Both the position numbers and the translations under genes were made by a program. 46,102 bases of DNA from Ruminococcus sp. UBA3286 (GTDB lineage Bacteria > Bacillota > Clostridia > Oscillospirales > Ruminococcaceae): positions 3,868 through 49,969 of the forward strand of contig DETO01000002.1 of NCBI GenBank assembly GCA_002362135.1, in the 5' to 3' direction. Below, piece by piece: positions 1 to 8,793 of this stretch (position 1 is the stretch's first letter; every line of letters starts with the position of its first letter). Below the pieces are notes generated by a model. The model saw only the letters and a program-made list of their open reading frames with translations. It searched no databases and had not been told where the DNA came from.

Positions 1-473
1 GTACCGCCGCCGATATCGACAATCATGCTGCCCGTTGGAGCATTAGTCGGGAGACCTGCTCCTATAGCAGCCGCCATAGGCTCTTCAATGATCAGAACGT
101 TATTAGCGCCCGCCTTTTTGCAGGCTTCACGGACGGCGCGCCTTTCAACGGCTGTAACGCCCGACGGAATACAGATTATAACATTAGCCTTTGTGAGTAT
201 TGTACCCTTCAAAGCCTTTTTTATGAATTCCTGAAGCATGGTAGTAGCTATGTCAAAATCTGCAATTACGCCGTCTTTAAGCGGACGAACAGCAACGATC
301 GAACCGGGCGTTCTGCCGATGACTTCCTTAGCTTCCATGCCGACATAGCGTGTTTTGTCTGTTCTCGTATTAACGGCAACAACGGAAGGCTCACGTATAA
401 TGATGCCCTTTCCGCGCAGATACACAAGCGTATTTGCAGTACCGAGATCTATGCCAATATCTTTTGTAAACAT
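1..473 (-). CDS. mreB: Rod shape-determining protein MreB/Mbl (5' part; runs off the window start)
   Basis: Not in the ORF track. Manual translation from ATG 473 (SD AAGGAG at 481-486) gives [34 protein letters not shown]...[12 protein letters not shown]...[12 protein letters not shown]...MIVDIGGGT, the actin-like MreB motifs. Confidence 0.95.
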   Translation of the reverse strand, partial: MFTKDIGIDLGTANTLVYLRGKGIIIREPSVVAVNTRTDKTRYVGMEAKEVIGRTPGSIVAVRPLKDGVIADFDIATTMLQEFIKKALKGTILTKANVIICIPSGVTAVERRAVREACKKAGANNVLIIEEPMAAAIGAGLPTNAPTGSMIVDIGGG

Positions 474-504
474 TCTGACGCTCCTTAAAAATAAGTTCTT
501 TTTT

Positions 505-533
505 ATTATATCACTAAAGCAGCAAATAGACAA
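505..533 (-). promoter_or_regulatory. Putative sigmaA promoter of mreB
   Basis: TTGTCT-17 nt-TATAAT with an extended -10 TG on the minus strand. Confidence 0.6.
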
Positions 534-569
534 TATTTTTCACTGAAAAATTTTTCCTCAAAATCAGGT

Positions 570-836
570 TTAATTTGAAAATAACTTTGAAGCCGTTTTT
601 GAATAAACTATAACGGCAACTACAAGCAGGATAAGCTGAGCAATATTAAAAGTTATGCTGATGCCGAAAGTCAGTTTAAGTACGTCTATATTCAAAAACG
701 TTCCGGGTTCAAAAGCGAATGTCTTGGAATATCCCAGCCAGCTCAAGCCTTCGGTTGTACCGACCATATTTCCCAGTAATCCGCCGAGAGTTAAAGCGCA
801 CACGCTTAAAAAAAACATATATATTGCTTGTTTCAT
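570..836 (-). CDS. Small two-TM membrane protein, DUF4321-like
   Basis: 88 aa with two hydrophobic segments, WL.Y...F and L.LTFG.....N patterns; lies upstream of mreB as DUF4321 often does in Clostridia. Confidence 0.7.
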   Translation of the reverse strand: MKQAIYMFFLSVCALTLGGLLGNMVGTTEGLSWLGYSKTFAFEPGTFLNIDVLKLTFGISITFNIAQLILLVVAVIVYSKTASKLFSN

Positions 837-873
837 TCTTTCTTATCTCCTTTTTCCGCATCGCATATGAAAA

Positions 874-1311
874 TCACAGTCCTGTCGAGCCAAAACCGCC
901 TTTGCCGCGTGAAGTTTCGCTTAATTCTTCGCTGATCTCGATTTCGGGGAAAAGCGCTCTCGTCAGAACAAGCTGAGCTATCCTCATGCCGTGTTCAACC
1001 GTAAACGGCTGTTTTCCGTGGTTTATCAGCGGAATAAACCATTCGCCACGATAATCGCCGTCAACAACTCCAACGCAGTTGGCAAGGGTAACGCCGTATT
1101 TTGAAGATAATCCCGAACGCGGATATATCAGCAGTGCAACATCGTTGCAGTCAGGTTCGGATGAAAGTCCTGTAGGTATCATTTTTATCTCGCCTGACAT
1201 AAGAGTCACCGATTCGTCAAGACAGGCGCAAATATCAAGCCCGACGCTCGACACCGTTGCTCTTGTAGGAATTATTGCTTTTTCGTTGAGTTTTTTAAAT
1301 TTCAGCTTCAT
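874..1311 (-). CDS. dut: dUTP diphosphatase
   Basis: Trimeric dUTPase motifs GLDI, PRSGL, GVVDGDYRGE, RIAQL, RGKGGFGSTG. Confidence 0.95.
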   Translation of the reverse strand: MKLKFKKLNEKAIIPTRATVSSVGLDICACLDESVTLMSGEIKMIPTGLSSEPDCNDVALLIYPRSGLSSKYGVTLANCVGVVDGDYRGEWFIPLINHGKQPFTVEHGMRIAQLVLTRALFPEIEISEELSETSRGKGGFGSTGL

Positions 1312-3350
1312 ATATTCTCCTGTACACCTCTGTAATATAGTCCACGCGTAATATTCCCCTGCGGCTTTTTTCCATGCAGTATTTCAGCGATCTGACTCCC
1401 CTTTTCCTCATTAAGAAGAACGCATACAAAATCTGCGCCCTTTATCTCGTTCATTCGGTCGCCCATATAAAGCAGATCGGCGTTCAATATCTCGACATAC
1501 TCACCAGAACACGCCACAGGCAGCTTTCTGCCGGTTCTGTCCGTCAGAGATCCGCTGCATTTACGGCAGCCAACTTCATTTTTTATGGGGCAGTTTCTTG
1601 TAAGCATAAGAGGGATTCGCCCATATACTACAACCCCCACGGGCAATTCCGTCCGAAGTCCTCCTATCTGGGAAATAGTCGATTCTACAGACGCGATGCA
1701 GTCGGCAAAACCGATATTGCGCAGATATTCCGCCGACATTGAATTGAACATATTCATGGTAAAGCTGCCATGAAGAGTAAATCCCATTTTTTTTCCGATA
1801 GCGGCAGAATCAAGGGTATGACACAGTAAATGACTCACACCTGCATTTTTTATTTTTTCAAGACTGCCGATCAGTTTTTCTTCGTCAATAATAAATCTCG
1901 GAGGCGATATCATCAGCTTTTCAATAGGCACTCCGACCTCGATAACGCTACTGATAATATTCATGGGAACGGCAACAAATTCAGAAAATTCAGCCGCCGC
2001 CGACGCCTGTTCAACAGTTCGGCAAAACGTTCTTAACGGCAGTTCCGAATCTGTATTTTTTCGCGTTTTTTCGGCAGTTTCGGGAATATAACCGCGGTTG
2101 ATTTTTTTAGGTATATACGATTCGGCAATCTTTTTAGTCAATATTTCAGTAACAGCGCGCCGAAGATCGTTCAGCCGCCCTGCCGGAACAAAAAGACCGT
2201 CGTCTATCTCGGCGGTAACGCTCCCAAATTCAAAAACGGTATCGCCAAGCCTGGAAAGCTGCTTTTCCACAGCGGAAATGTCGGTCGGGGAATTTCGCGC
2301 CGATTCGGGGATATCACCGACCACAGCAGCCGAGATTCCGCCTGATTCTGCCCTGATTTCAACAGGAATTCCGCTTTTGATAACGGCATAAAAATCAACT
2401 CGGCGCATAGGCGTTTCACGACGGTATAACTCGTGAATTTTCGGAATAATTTCCTTTGCGGCAATAACGTCCTCTTTCTCGCGTATCCCGAACATATCCT
2501 GCCTTTTCCCCGAAAAATAGCCGTCCGTAAAACCGCTTCGTGAAAAAATACCGCGCAGAAGTTTCATATCGGGAACTTTCCCGTCAAGGGCTTTTTTTAA
2601 TTGACTCACGGCAGCGGCGATATATTCGGGACGTTTCATTCTTCCCTCTATTTTCAGCGAATCTACGCCGGTTTCGCAGAGTTCGCCGCAATGTTCGAGC
2701 AGTGACAGGTCTTTTAGCGAAAGAGCTGCATGATCATTTTTGCCGACCGCTGAAAAATTCAGACGGCACGCCTGACCGCAGCAGCCGCGATTAGCCGAAC
2801 GCGAGCCTATCATTGCCGACATATAGCATTGTCCTGAAACTGACATACACAATGCGCCATGAACGAAAACCTCAACTTCTATATCCTCGCGGCAAATTTT
2901 TTCGAGGGAATCTTTTGAAAGTTCACGCGCAGGAACTACGCGTTCAAATCCCAGTTCCCTCAAAAACCGCGCGCCGGCGGCTGTATGTACCGACATTTGC
3001 GTTGAACCGTGCAGAACGGCTTCGGGAACCGCTCCCCTGATAACTGCCGCCGCTCCCAAATCCTGCACGATATATGCGTCAACTCCAATACGTGCGGTCT
3101 GTTTTATGTAATCGCAGAATCCCTCGATCTCGTCGTCAGATATAACGGTATTTACTGCAAGATACAGCTTCGCGCCGTGAATATGGCACTGATATACAGC
3201 TTCCGCAAGTTCATCAATGGAGAAATTCGCAGCATTATTTCTCGCCGAATATTTCTTTCCGCCAACATAAACGGCATTCGCGCCCGTTCTCAATGCCGCA
3301 GTGAGAGCCTCCATGCTGCCGGCAGGAGCAAGAATTTCGGGCTTCATCAA
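1308..3350 (-). CDS. Peptidase U32 family protein with DUF3656-type C-terminus (RlhA-like rRNA hydroxylation candidate)
   Basis: PEILAPAG, GANAVY, EVFVHGALCMSVSGQCYMS, SANRGCCGQACR, SLKIEGRMK; 680 aa long form. Confidence 0.88.
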   Translation of the reverse strand: MMKPEILAPAGSMEALTAALRTGANAVYVGGKKYSARNNAANFSIDELAEAVYQCHIHGAKLYLAVNTVISDDEIEGFCDYIKQTARIGVDAYIVQDLGAAAVIRGAVPEAVLHGSTQMSVHTAAGARFLRELGFERVVPARELSKDSLEKICREDIEVEVFVHGALCMSVSGQCYMSAMIGSRSANRGCCGQACRLNFSAVGKNDHAALSLKDLSLLEHCGELCETGVDSLKIEGRMKRPEYIAAAVSQLKKALDGKVPDMKLLRGIFSRSGFTDGYFSGKRQDMFGIREKEDVIAAKEIIPKIHELYRRETPMRRVDFYAVIKSGIPVEIRAESGGISAAVVGDIPESARNSPTDISAVEKQLSRLGDTVFEFGSVTAEIDDGLFVPAGRLNDLRRAVTEILTKKIAESYIPKKINRGYIPETAEKTRKNTDSELPLRTFCRTVEQASAAAEFSEFVAVPMNIISSVIEVGVPIEKLMISPPRFIIDEEKLIGSLEKIKNAGVSHLLCHTLDSAAIGKKMGFTLHGSFTMNMFNSMSAEYLRNIGFADCIASVESTISQIGGLRTELPVGVVVYGRIPLMLTRNCPIKNEVGCRKCSGSLTDRTGRKLPVACSGEYVEILNADLLYMGDRMNEIKGADFVCVLLNEEKGSQIAEILHGKKPQGNITRGLYYRGVQENI

Positions 3351-3712
3351 ATACTGTCCTTGAGTTGTTTAAGCTTGACCATATTTTCAAGCTGGACGAT
3401 CTTGGCTTTCAGCGCCTCGATCTCCTTAACGGCAGAATCGCGCTCTATGCGGTTTTTTCCGGCTTCGTCAACGTATTCTTTAGTTTGAGTGCGTATGTTT
3501 TCAACGCGCTGGTTAGCCTTATTAAGATCGTCAAGCAGGCTGAGCGCTACCATAATCGCCGCGGTATAGGGCGAAGTTCCGCTTCCTGAATTCATGTGTT
3601 CGCTGATTTTGGATTCAAGCGAACGGGCAAGCGAAAAAACATAATTCGGAGATTCAGCCGTCCTGAGCTTATATTCCTTTCCGCAAATTATAACTTTTAC
3701 ATCGTTAAGCAT
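3347..3712 (-). CDS. zapA: Cell division protein ZapA
   Basis: VKVIICGKEYKL...AAIMVALSLLDDL plus a C-terminal coiled coil. Start moved to ATG 3712 because GAAAGGA lies just upstream. Confidence 0.85.
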   Translation of the reverse strand: MLNDVKVIICGKEYKLRTAESPNYVFSLARSLESKISEHMNSGSGTSPYTAAIMVALSLLDDLNKANQRVENIRTQTKEYVDEAGKNRIERDSAVKEIEALKAKIVQLENMVKLKQLKDSI

Positions 3713-3816
3713 ATTTATCTTCCTTTCTTTTGTCATGTTATATTAATCAGAGTCATTGTTAAACGTCTTTAATCAAAATAAAAATATCAGACAGCCGCGC
3801 TGATAACGCACATTAA

Positions 3817-3902
3817 GAACCTGTCCGCATAGGAAAGTTGCGCGAATCTTCGAACATAATTTTGCCGAAAAGACGTGCAGCTTATCCTATAGATGCAGAT
3901 TC
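3817..3902. mobile_element. 86-bp MITE-like element with imperfect terminal inverted repeats and TAA direct repeats
   Basis: Left end GAACCTGTCCGCATAGGAAAGTTGCGC; reverse complement of right end GAATCTGCATCTATAGGATAAGCTGCAC; TAA at 3814-3816 and 3903-3905; right end resembles 26270-26297. Confidence 0.75.
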
Positions 3903-4483
3903 TAATAATACCGCTTCAATCCGATAACCTTTCCGAGAATTTCGCACTTATCGAGAATTATCGGAGACATTGTATCGTTTTCGGGCTGAAGCCGATATTG
4001 ACCGTTTTCCTTGAAGAAACGCTTTACCGTAGCGTCCTCGCCGTCGATAAACGCAACTACGATATCGCCGTTTTCGGCATAGGAGCCTTTCTCGACGATA
4101 ACGATATCGCCGTCGAGTATTCCTGCATTTATCATGCTTTCTCCGCGGATTTTAAGGGCAAAAAGATCGTTTGCATCGCAGCCCTCCGCCTCAAAATTTA
4201 TATAGCCTGTAATGCATTCCACCGCCGTTATAGGCTGACCTGCCGTGACCGTTCCCATTACGGGAACAGAAACCGCAGAACTGTTAGGCAGTCTGAGCGA
4301 ACGGTTAAGATTGTTTTCCTTGACAATAAGTCCATCATTCTCCAGCATTCTTATATATCTGTGAGCCGTAGATGTTGATTTGAATCCGCACGCCTCCATT
4401 ATTTCCCTGACAGACGGGGACATTCCTTTGCTAAGCTTTGTTTTTATGAAGTTGAAAACTTCCATTTCTCTTTCTTTAGACAT
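3902..4483 (-). CDS. lexA: SOS repressor LexA
   Basis: N-terminal wHTH (PSVREIM...STSTAHRY), Ala-Gly cleavage site VTAGQP, Ser in GESMINAG, Lys in ATVKRF. Confidence 0.93.
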   Translation of the reverse strand: MSKEREMEVFNFIKTKLSKGMSPSVREIMEACGFKSTSTAHRYIRMLENDGLIVKENNLNRSLRLPNSSAVSVPVMGTVTAGQPITAVECITGYINFEAEGCDANDLFALKIRGESMINAGILDGDIVIVEKGSYAENGDIVVAFIDGEDATVKRFFKENGQYRLQPENDTMSPIILDKCEILGKVIGLKRYY

Positions 4484-5903
4484 TGTTATCCTCCTGCGAA
4501 AGTTTTTTCAGTATCATTTTAGCTATTTTGTAAGCGTCGCCGCAGCCGAGAGTTATTACAAGATCGCCCTCCGATGCATTTTCACACACATAATCACAGA
4601 CCTGCTCAAAATTAAAATATTTGCGCTCGTCAGTCCACTCTTCCTCTTCATTCTGAGGGAACCATATGCAGCCGTCGATCTTTTCCGCAAGATGACGGGT
4701 AAAAATGCCGTAAGTGTTCTTTTCGCGGCTTCCCATGATATCCGTGAGTACCGCGTGATCGGCTATACTAAGGGCTTTTGCAAAATCGTCAAGAAGCAGC
4801 TTCGTACGGCTGAAAGTAAACGGCTGAAAAATTGCCCACACTTTATTGAAATTCATCTCCTTGGCAGCCCGGAGAGTAGCTTCCAGTTCAGTCGGGTGAT
4901 GAGCGTAATCGTCAACGACTGTTATCCCCTTCTCCTCGCCCAGCTTTTCAAATCTTCGTTTTGCTCCGCGGAAATCCTCCAGACCTTTTGCGATATACTT
5001 GAATTCCACGCCGCAGTAACGCGCCGCGGCGATCGCCGCCAAAGAATTCAGAACATTATGGATGCCTGCAACGTGAAGAGTTACAGTTCCAAGTTTTTCG
5101 CCCTTATAAACGGCGTCGTAAGTTGTAAGCAAGCCGTTTTCATGCTTGACGTTTTCGGGGTAATAATCACATGAAGAATCGCTGCCGAAAGTAATTATCT
5201 CCTTGCCTTCAACGCCTTCCAGCGATTTCATGGAATTTTCGTCAGAGCCGTTTATAATAATGCATTTGGAAGTATTCTGATTAAATTTGCGGAACGACTT
5301 TATAATATTTTCAAGCGTACCGAAATAATCGAGATGATCGGCGTCAATATTGAGTACTACAGAAATATCGGGAAGAAATTTCAGAAAATGATCTTCAAAT
5401 TCGCATGATTCGCATACCAGAATATCACTTTTTCCCGCAATTCCGCTTCCGCCGATGCAGGGAAGCTTTCCGCCGATATAAGCCGAAAGATCTATTCCGG
5501 CAGTATACATTATCTGAGTTATCATCGATGTGGTGGAAGTTTTTCCATGAGTACCCGAAACGCATATCGCTCTGTCGTACCAGCCTGTGACTATTCCGAG
5601 AAGATCAGCACGTTCAAGCACCGTTACACCGCTTGCTCTGGCAGCCATAAGTTCGGGATTATCCGCCATTATAGCGGCGGTATGAACGATAAGATCAGCG
5701 TCTCCGATATTTTCGGCGCGCTGTCCGATATAAACGGGAATACCCATACTTCTTACGGCGTCGAGAGTTTCCGTTTCGTTGTTATCCGAGCCTGTGAGAT
5801 AATAGCCCTGACCGTGAAGTATCTGCGCAAGAGGGTACATTCCCGAACCGCCGATACCAATAAAATGAATATGCTTTTTTCCATTTAAAATATTTCTATC
5901 CAA
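4476..5903 (-). CDS. murC: UDP-N-acetylmuramate--L-alanine ligase
   Basis: HFIGIGGSGM, GTHGKTST, NIDADHLD, DDYAHHPTE; TTG start with GAAAGGTG SD. Confidence 0.95.
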   Translation of the reverse strand: MDRNILNGKKHIHFIGIGGSGMYPLAQILHGQGYYLTGSDNNETETLDAVRSMGIPVYIGQRAENIGDADLIVHTAAIMADNPELMAARASGVTVLERADLLGIVTGWYDRAICVSGTHGKTSTTSMITQIMYTAGIDLSAYIGGKLPCIGGSGIAGKSDILVCESCEFEDHFLKFLPDISVVLNIDADHLDYFGTLENIIKSFRKFNQNTSKCIIINGSDENSMKSLEGVEGKEIITFGSDSSCDYYPENVKHENGLLTTYDAVYKGEKLGTVTLHVAGIHNVLNSLAAIAAARYCGVEFKYIAKGLEDFRGAKRRFEKLGEEKGITVVDDYAHHPTELEATLRAAKEMNFNKVWAIFQPFTFSRTKLLLDDFAKALSIADHAVLTDIMGSREKNTYGIFTRHLAEKIDGCIWFPQNEEEEWTDERKYFNFEQVCDYVCENASEGDLVITLGCGDAYKIAKMILKKLSQEDNNV

Positions 5904-5955
5904 AATCGATCACCTTTCTTCTGAAAGTTACAAGGCATAGTTATGCTATTCTATT

Positions 5956-5984
5956 ATTATACTATATTTTAGCATTTATTTCAA
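5956..5984 (-). promoter_or_regulatory. Putative sigmaA promoter of the murC-lexA operon
   Basis: TTGAAA-17 nt-TATAAT on the minus strand. Confidence 0.65.
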
Positions 5985-6049
5985 TAGAGATTTAAAGTAT
6001 TTTTGAAATTTTTTACAGCGTTATTTCTGTTTTTTACAGTATTTATTTT

Positions 6050-6082
6050 TTAGAGCCTGTTCGCATAGAAATTATATGCGGA
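6050..6082. repeat. Solo MITE terminus (TTA-GAGCCTGTTCGCATAG)
   Basis: Matches the termini at 3817 and 26297, including the TWA flank; no partner end found. Confidence 0.55.
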
Positions 6083-6107
6083 TTTTGCGAATATTTTTGT
6101 TTTTGTA

Positions 6108-6136
6108 TTGATTTTTTTTAAATTATGAGTTATAAT
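6108..6136 (+). promoter_or_regulatory. Putative sigmaA promoter of spoVG
   Basis: TTGATT-17 nt-TATAAT. Confidence 0.6.
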
Positions 6137-6207
6137 ATAAGAATAGGACATATGAAGTCAAGCAGCTTGGCTTTGTGGAGTATGTATGTCATAAGGAGGT
6201 ATTAACA

Positions 6208-6531
6208 ATGCAAATTACAGATGTAAAGATCAGAAAACTTATGTCAGGCGGCAGACTTCGTGCAGTCGTTTCAGTTACTATTGACGATATGATCGCCGTT
6301 CATGACATAAAAGTAGTTCAGGGTGAAGAAAGACTTTTCGTTGCAATGCCCAGCCGCAAGGACGAAAACGGCATTTTCCGCGATATTGTTCATCCTATCA
6401 CACCTGCTGCAAGAAAGATGCTGGAAGAAAATATTCTTGAAGCCTATGAGCGTCAGACAGCTCTTCTCGCCGCCGAAGAAGAAAGCGCGGCAATGGCTGC
6501 TGCTGCGGCAGAAAATTCATACATAGAATAA
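6208..6531 (+). CDS. spoVG: Septation/sporulation regulator SpoVG
   Basis: MQITDVKIR...VHDIKVV...LFVAMPSRK...FRDIVHPI; SD AAGGAGGT before ATG 6208. Confidence 0.95.
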   Translation: MQITDVKIRKLMSGGRLRAVVSVTIDDMIAVHDIKVVQGEERLFVAMPSRKDENGIFRDIVHPITPAARKMLEENILEAYERQTALLAAEEESAAMAAAAAENSYIE

Positions 6532-6543
6532 TTCCAATAAAGC

Positions 6544-6573
6544 AAAAAGCCTGCCGACAACGGCAGGTTTTTT
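6544..6573. terminator. Bidirectional intrinsic terminator between spoVG and nudF
   Basis: AAAAAGCCTGCCG-ACAA-CGGCAGGTTTTTT between convergent genes. Confidence 0.85.
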
Positions 6574-6589
6574 AATGTTGATAAATGCC

Positions 6590-7126
6590 TCAGATCCCCA
6601 GTATTCTGGCTGCTTTTAAAATAGCTATCTGCGTTTTTCCGTCCTTGATCTTTCCGTCCATTACAAGCTGAACAGCCTCCGACAACGGAAGCTTTTCCAC
6701 GTCGAGAAATTCATCGGGGTCAAGCTGCTGCTTCTCAAAATGAAGTCCTCTTGCAAGATACATATGGGTGACTTCCGTATTATACGCCGGAGTCGGCAGC
6801 ATTTCGCCCATATAAATATATTCGTCGCAGGTACAGCCTGTTTCTTCAAGAAGCTCGCGCCTGCCGCATTCCGCGTGATCTTCGCCCTTTTCAAGCTTGC
6901 CGGCAGGCACTTCGCGGGTGACCGTTCGAAACGGATAGCGGAACTGCTTTACCATAAATATCTCGTTTTCAGCCGTCACGGGTATAACGCACACGCCGCC
7001 GTGATGAAGAAGAACGTCGCGTATCGCTTCGTTTCCGTTTTCGAGTTCTACGGTATCATGGATTATGGTGAAAATTCTGCCGTCGTAAATTTTTTCACTT
7101 TTAAGAGTTTTTTCCTCAAGATGCAT
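6590..7126 (-). CDS. nudF: NUDIX hydrolase, ADP-ribose pyrophosphatase
   Basis: Nudix box GKLEKGEDHAECGRRELLEETG, QFRYP, IKDGKT. Confidence 0.85.
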   Translation of the reverse strand: MHLEEKTLKSEKIYDGRIFTIIHDTVELENGNEAIRDVLLHHGGVCVIPVTAENEIFMVKQFRYPFRTVTREVPAGKLEKGEDHAECGRRELLEETGCTCDEYIYMGEMLPTPAYNTEVTHMYLARGLHFEKQQLDPDEFLDVEKLPLSEAVQLVMDGKIKDGKTQIAILKAARILGI

Positions 7127-7145
7127 TTTAAATTCCTCCTGAAAT

Positions 7146-7232
7146 TTATACTTCCTCTTCTTTTTTGATCTTGAATATTGCCCTGAGAATACCCGACAAA
7201 AACTTTGGACTTTTGATCACAACTATTTTCAT
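7146..7232 (-). CDS. spoVM: Stage V sporulation protein M (28 aa)
   Basis: Not in the ORF track. MKIVVIKSPKFLSGILRAIFKIKKEEEV with SD AAGGAGG; Pro at position 9 in an IKxPKFL amphipathic motif; directly downstream of thiN as in Bacillus. Confidence 0.88.
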   Translation of the reverse strand: MKIVVIKSPKFLSGILRAIFKIKKEEEV

Positions 7233-7282
7233 ATGTAATCCCTCCTTAAATTGGCATACTCCATTATATTCATGATGAAAAA

Positions 7283-7915
7283 TTATGTGAATGCCGAATA
7301 GACAACAAGCACGATTCCCGAAGAAATACGCAGATACGCTTCATCGGCTGTTATCTCGTTGCTGACGCCTATCGGAAATCCCTGCGACATATTATATTTT
7401 TCAAGAGGATATTTAACGCCGCTAAGCTTATCTATCATTGCATTTTCAGTTAATGAAAACAGCGAAAGATAAAATCCATTGCGCTTTTCCAGATGATATT
7501 CTCCTGCTCCGCCTGCTGTCAGCTCGTTATCGCTGTCGGCGATAGTCATCTTGCAGCCGCGCTCATGGGCATAAATGATCGTCTGCAAATTCGCAAAAGC
7601 ATGATCGAATCTTCCTCCCAATCCTCCGTAAAGCGTAATTTCTTCGCAGCCTGCGGATACAGCCTTCTTTACTGCAAGAAGCGTATCCGTATCGTCTTTT
7701 TCGGGAACGCTTCTGACTATCTCCGTATCTTTCGGCAATTCGCCGTTGTAAGAATCGAAATCCCCGACTATAAGATTGGGCTTTATCCCCAGCTTTTCGG
7801 CATATACATAACCTCTGTCGGCGCATATTATATAATCTGCGCTTTTTATTTTTTCAGCGTCAAGCGCGCCTGTATCTTTAATGATTCCGCCTGCAAAAAT
7901 CACACAGCTTTTCAT
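7283..7915 (-). CDS. thiN: Thiamine diphosphokinase
   Basis: ICADRG, VGDFDS, EKDDTDT, GGRFDH, GVSNE; ATGA overlap with the rsgA stop. Confidence 0.92.
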   Translation of the reverse strand: MKSCVIFAGGIIKDTGALDAEKIKSADYIICADRGYVYAEKLGIKPNLIVGDFDSYNGELPKDTEIVRSVPEKDDTDTLLAVKKAVSAGCEEITLYGGLGGRFDHAFANLQTIIYAHERGCKMTIADSDNELTAGGAGEYHLEKRNGFYLSLFSLTENAMIDKLSGVKYPLEKYNMSQGFPIGVSNEITADEAYLRISSGIVLVVYSAFT

Positions 7916-8793
7916 TTCAGTTCCCACTCCTTCAATTGCTTGGCTTCATCGTACATCATACGATAGTTTTCATGCCGAAGTTTCGGAATATCGCCGTTTT
8001 CCACAGCTGCTATCACAGCGCAGCCCTTTTCGCAGGTGTGCGAGCAGTCCCGAAAGCGGCATTCCCCGATATACTCCGAAAATTCACGGAAACAGCCTGC
8101 CAGTTCCTCCTTGCGGATTATCTCATATCGATTTGTCTCAAATGTGGAAAAGCCCGGAGTATCGGCAATATATCCGCCGTCCTTCAGCTTATATAACTCC
8201 GCGTGACGCGTGGTATGCCTGCCTCTTCCGAGTTTTTTGCTGATCTCGCCAGTGGGAATATCCAGCGTGGGATCGACCGCATTCAGCAGCGTTGATTTGC
8301 CTGCCCCCGAATTCCCCGTAAAAGCACTGATTTTTCCTGAAAGCAGTTTCCGCACTTCGTCTACGGAAGAATCATCGCTGTAATCAACGATAAGTACCTT
8401 TATGCCGATTTTTTCATAAATTTCGCGTATATCTGCGGAATCGGCAAGATCGACTTTAGTAATTATCACAACAGGCTCGATGCCCTTATACTCCGCTATT
8501 GCGATAAATTTATCGAGCAGCAGAAAATTAGGCGCAGGGCTTGCCGTGGAAACTATAAATATTATCTGATCTATATTCGCCAGCGGAGGTCTTATAATAA
8601 AATTCTTCCGCTTTTCTATCTCCGATATCACGCCGCCGCTGACTATAACATTATCTCCGACGGAAGGACTAATCCCCTTGCTGCGGAATACGCCTCTTGC
8701 CTTGCATTCATATATGCCGTCAGGGGACTCTACTGTATAGAGTCCCCCTAAGCATTTCAATATAATTCCGCTTTTTTTCTTAGCGTTTACCAT
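7912..8793 (-). CDS. rsgA: Ribosome small subunit-dependent GTPase A
   Basis: Circularly permuted GTPase (TKVD, GNSGAGKST, GRHTT, DTPG) plus Zn finger CRFRDCSHTCEKGC; start reassigned to ATG 8793 (GGAGG SD). Confidence 0.93.
   Translation of the reverse strand: MVNAKKKSGIILKCLGGLYTVESPDGIYECKARGVFRSKGISPSVGDNVIVSGGVISEIEKRKNFIIRPPLANIDQIIFIVSTASPAPNFLLLDKFIAIAEYKGIEPVVIITKVDLADSADIREIYEKIGIKVLIVDYSDDSSVDEVRKLLSGKISAFTGNSGAGKSTLLNAVDPTLDIPTGEISKKLGRGRHTTRHAELYKLKDGGYIADTPGFSTFETNRYEIIRKEELAGCFREFSEYIGECRFRDCSHTCEKGCAVIAAVENGDIPKLRHENYRMMYDEAKQLKEWELK

Noticed and set aside
25-546. Plus-strand ORFs 25-234 and 355-546
   Set aside because: Antisense to mreB.
3851-3864. CGAACATAATTTTG as an SOS box
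   Set aside because: Only one half-site matches, it lies downstream of lexA, and it is inside the MITE.
3740-3900. 6S RNA near zapA
   Set aside because: The zapA-6S linkage is proteobacterial and downstream of the gene; the symmetry here is explained by the MITE.
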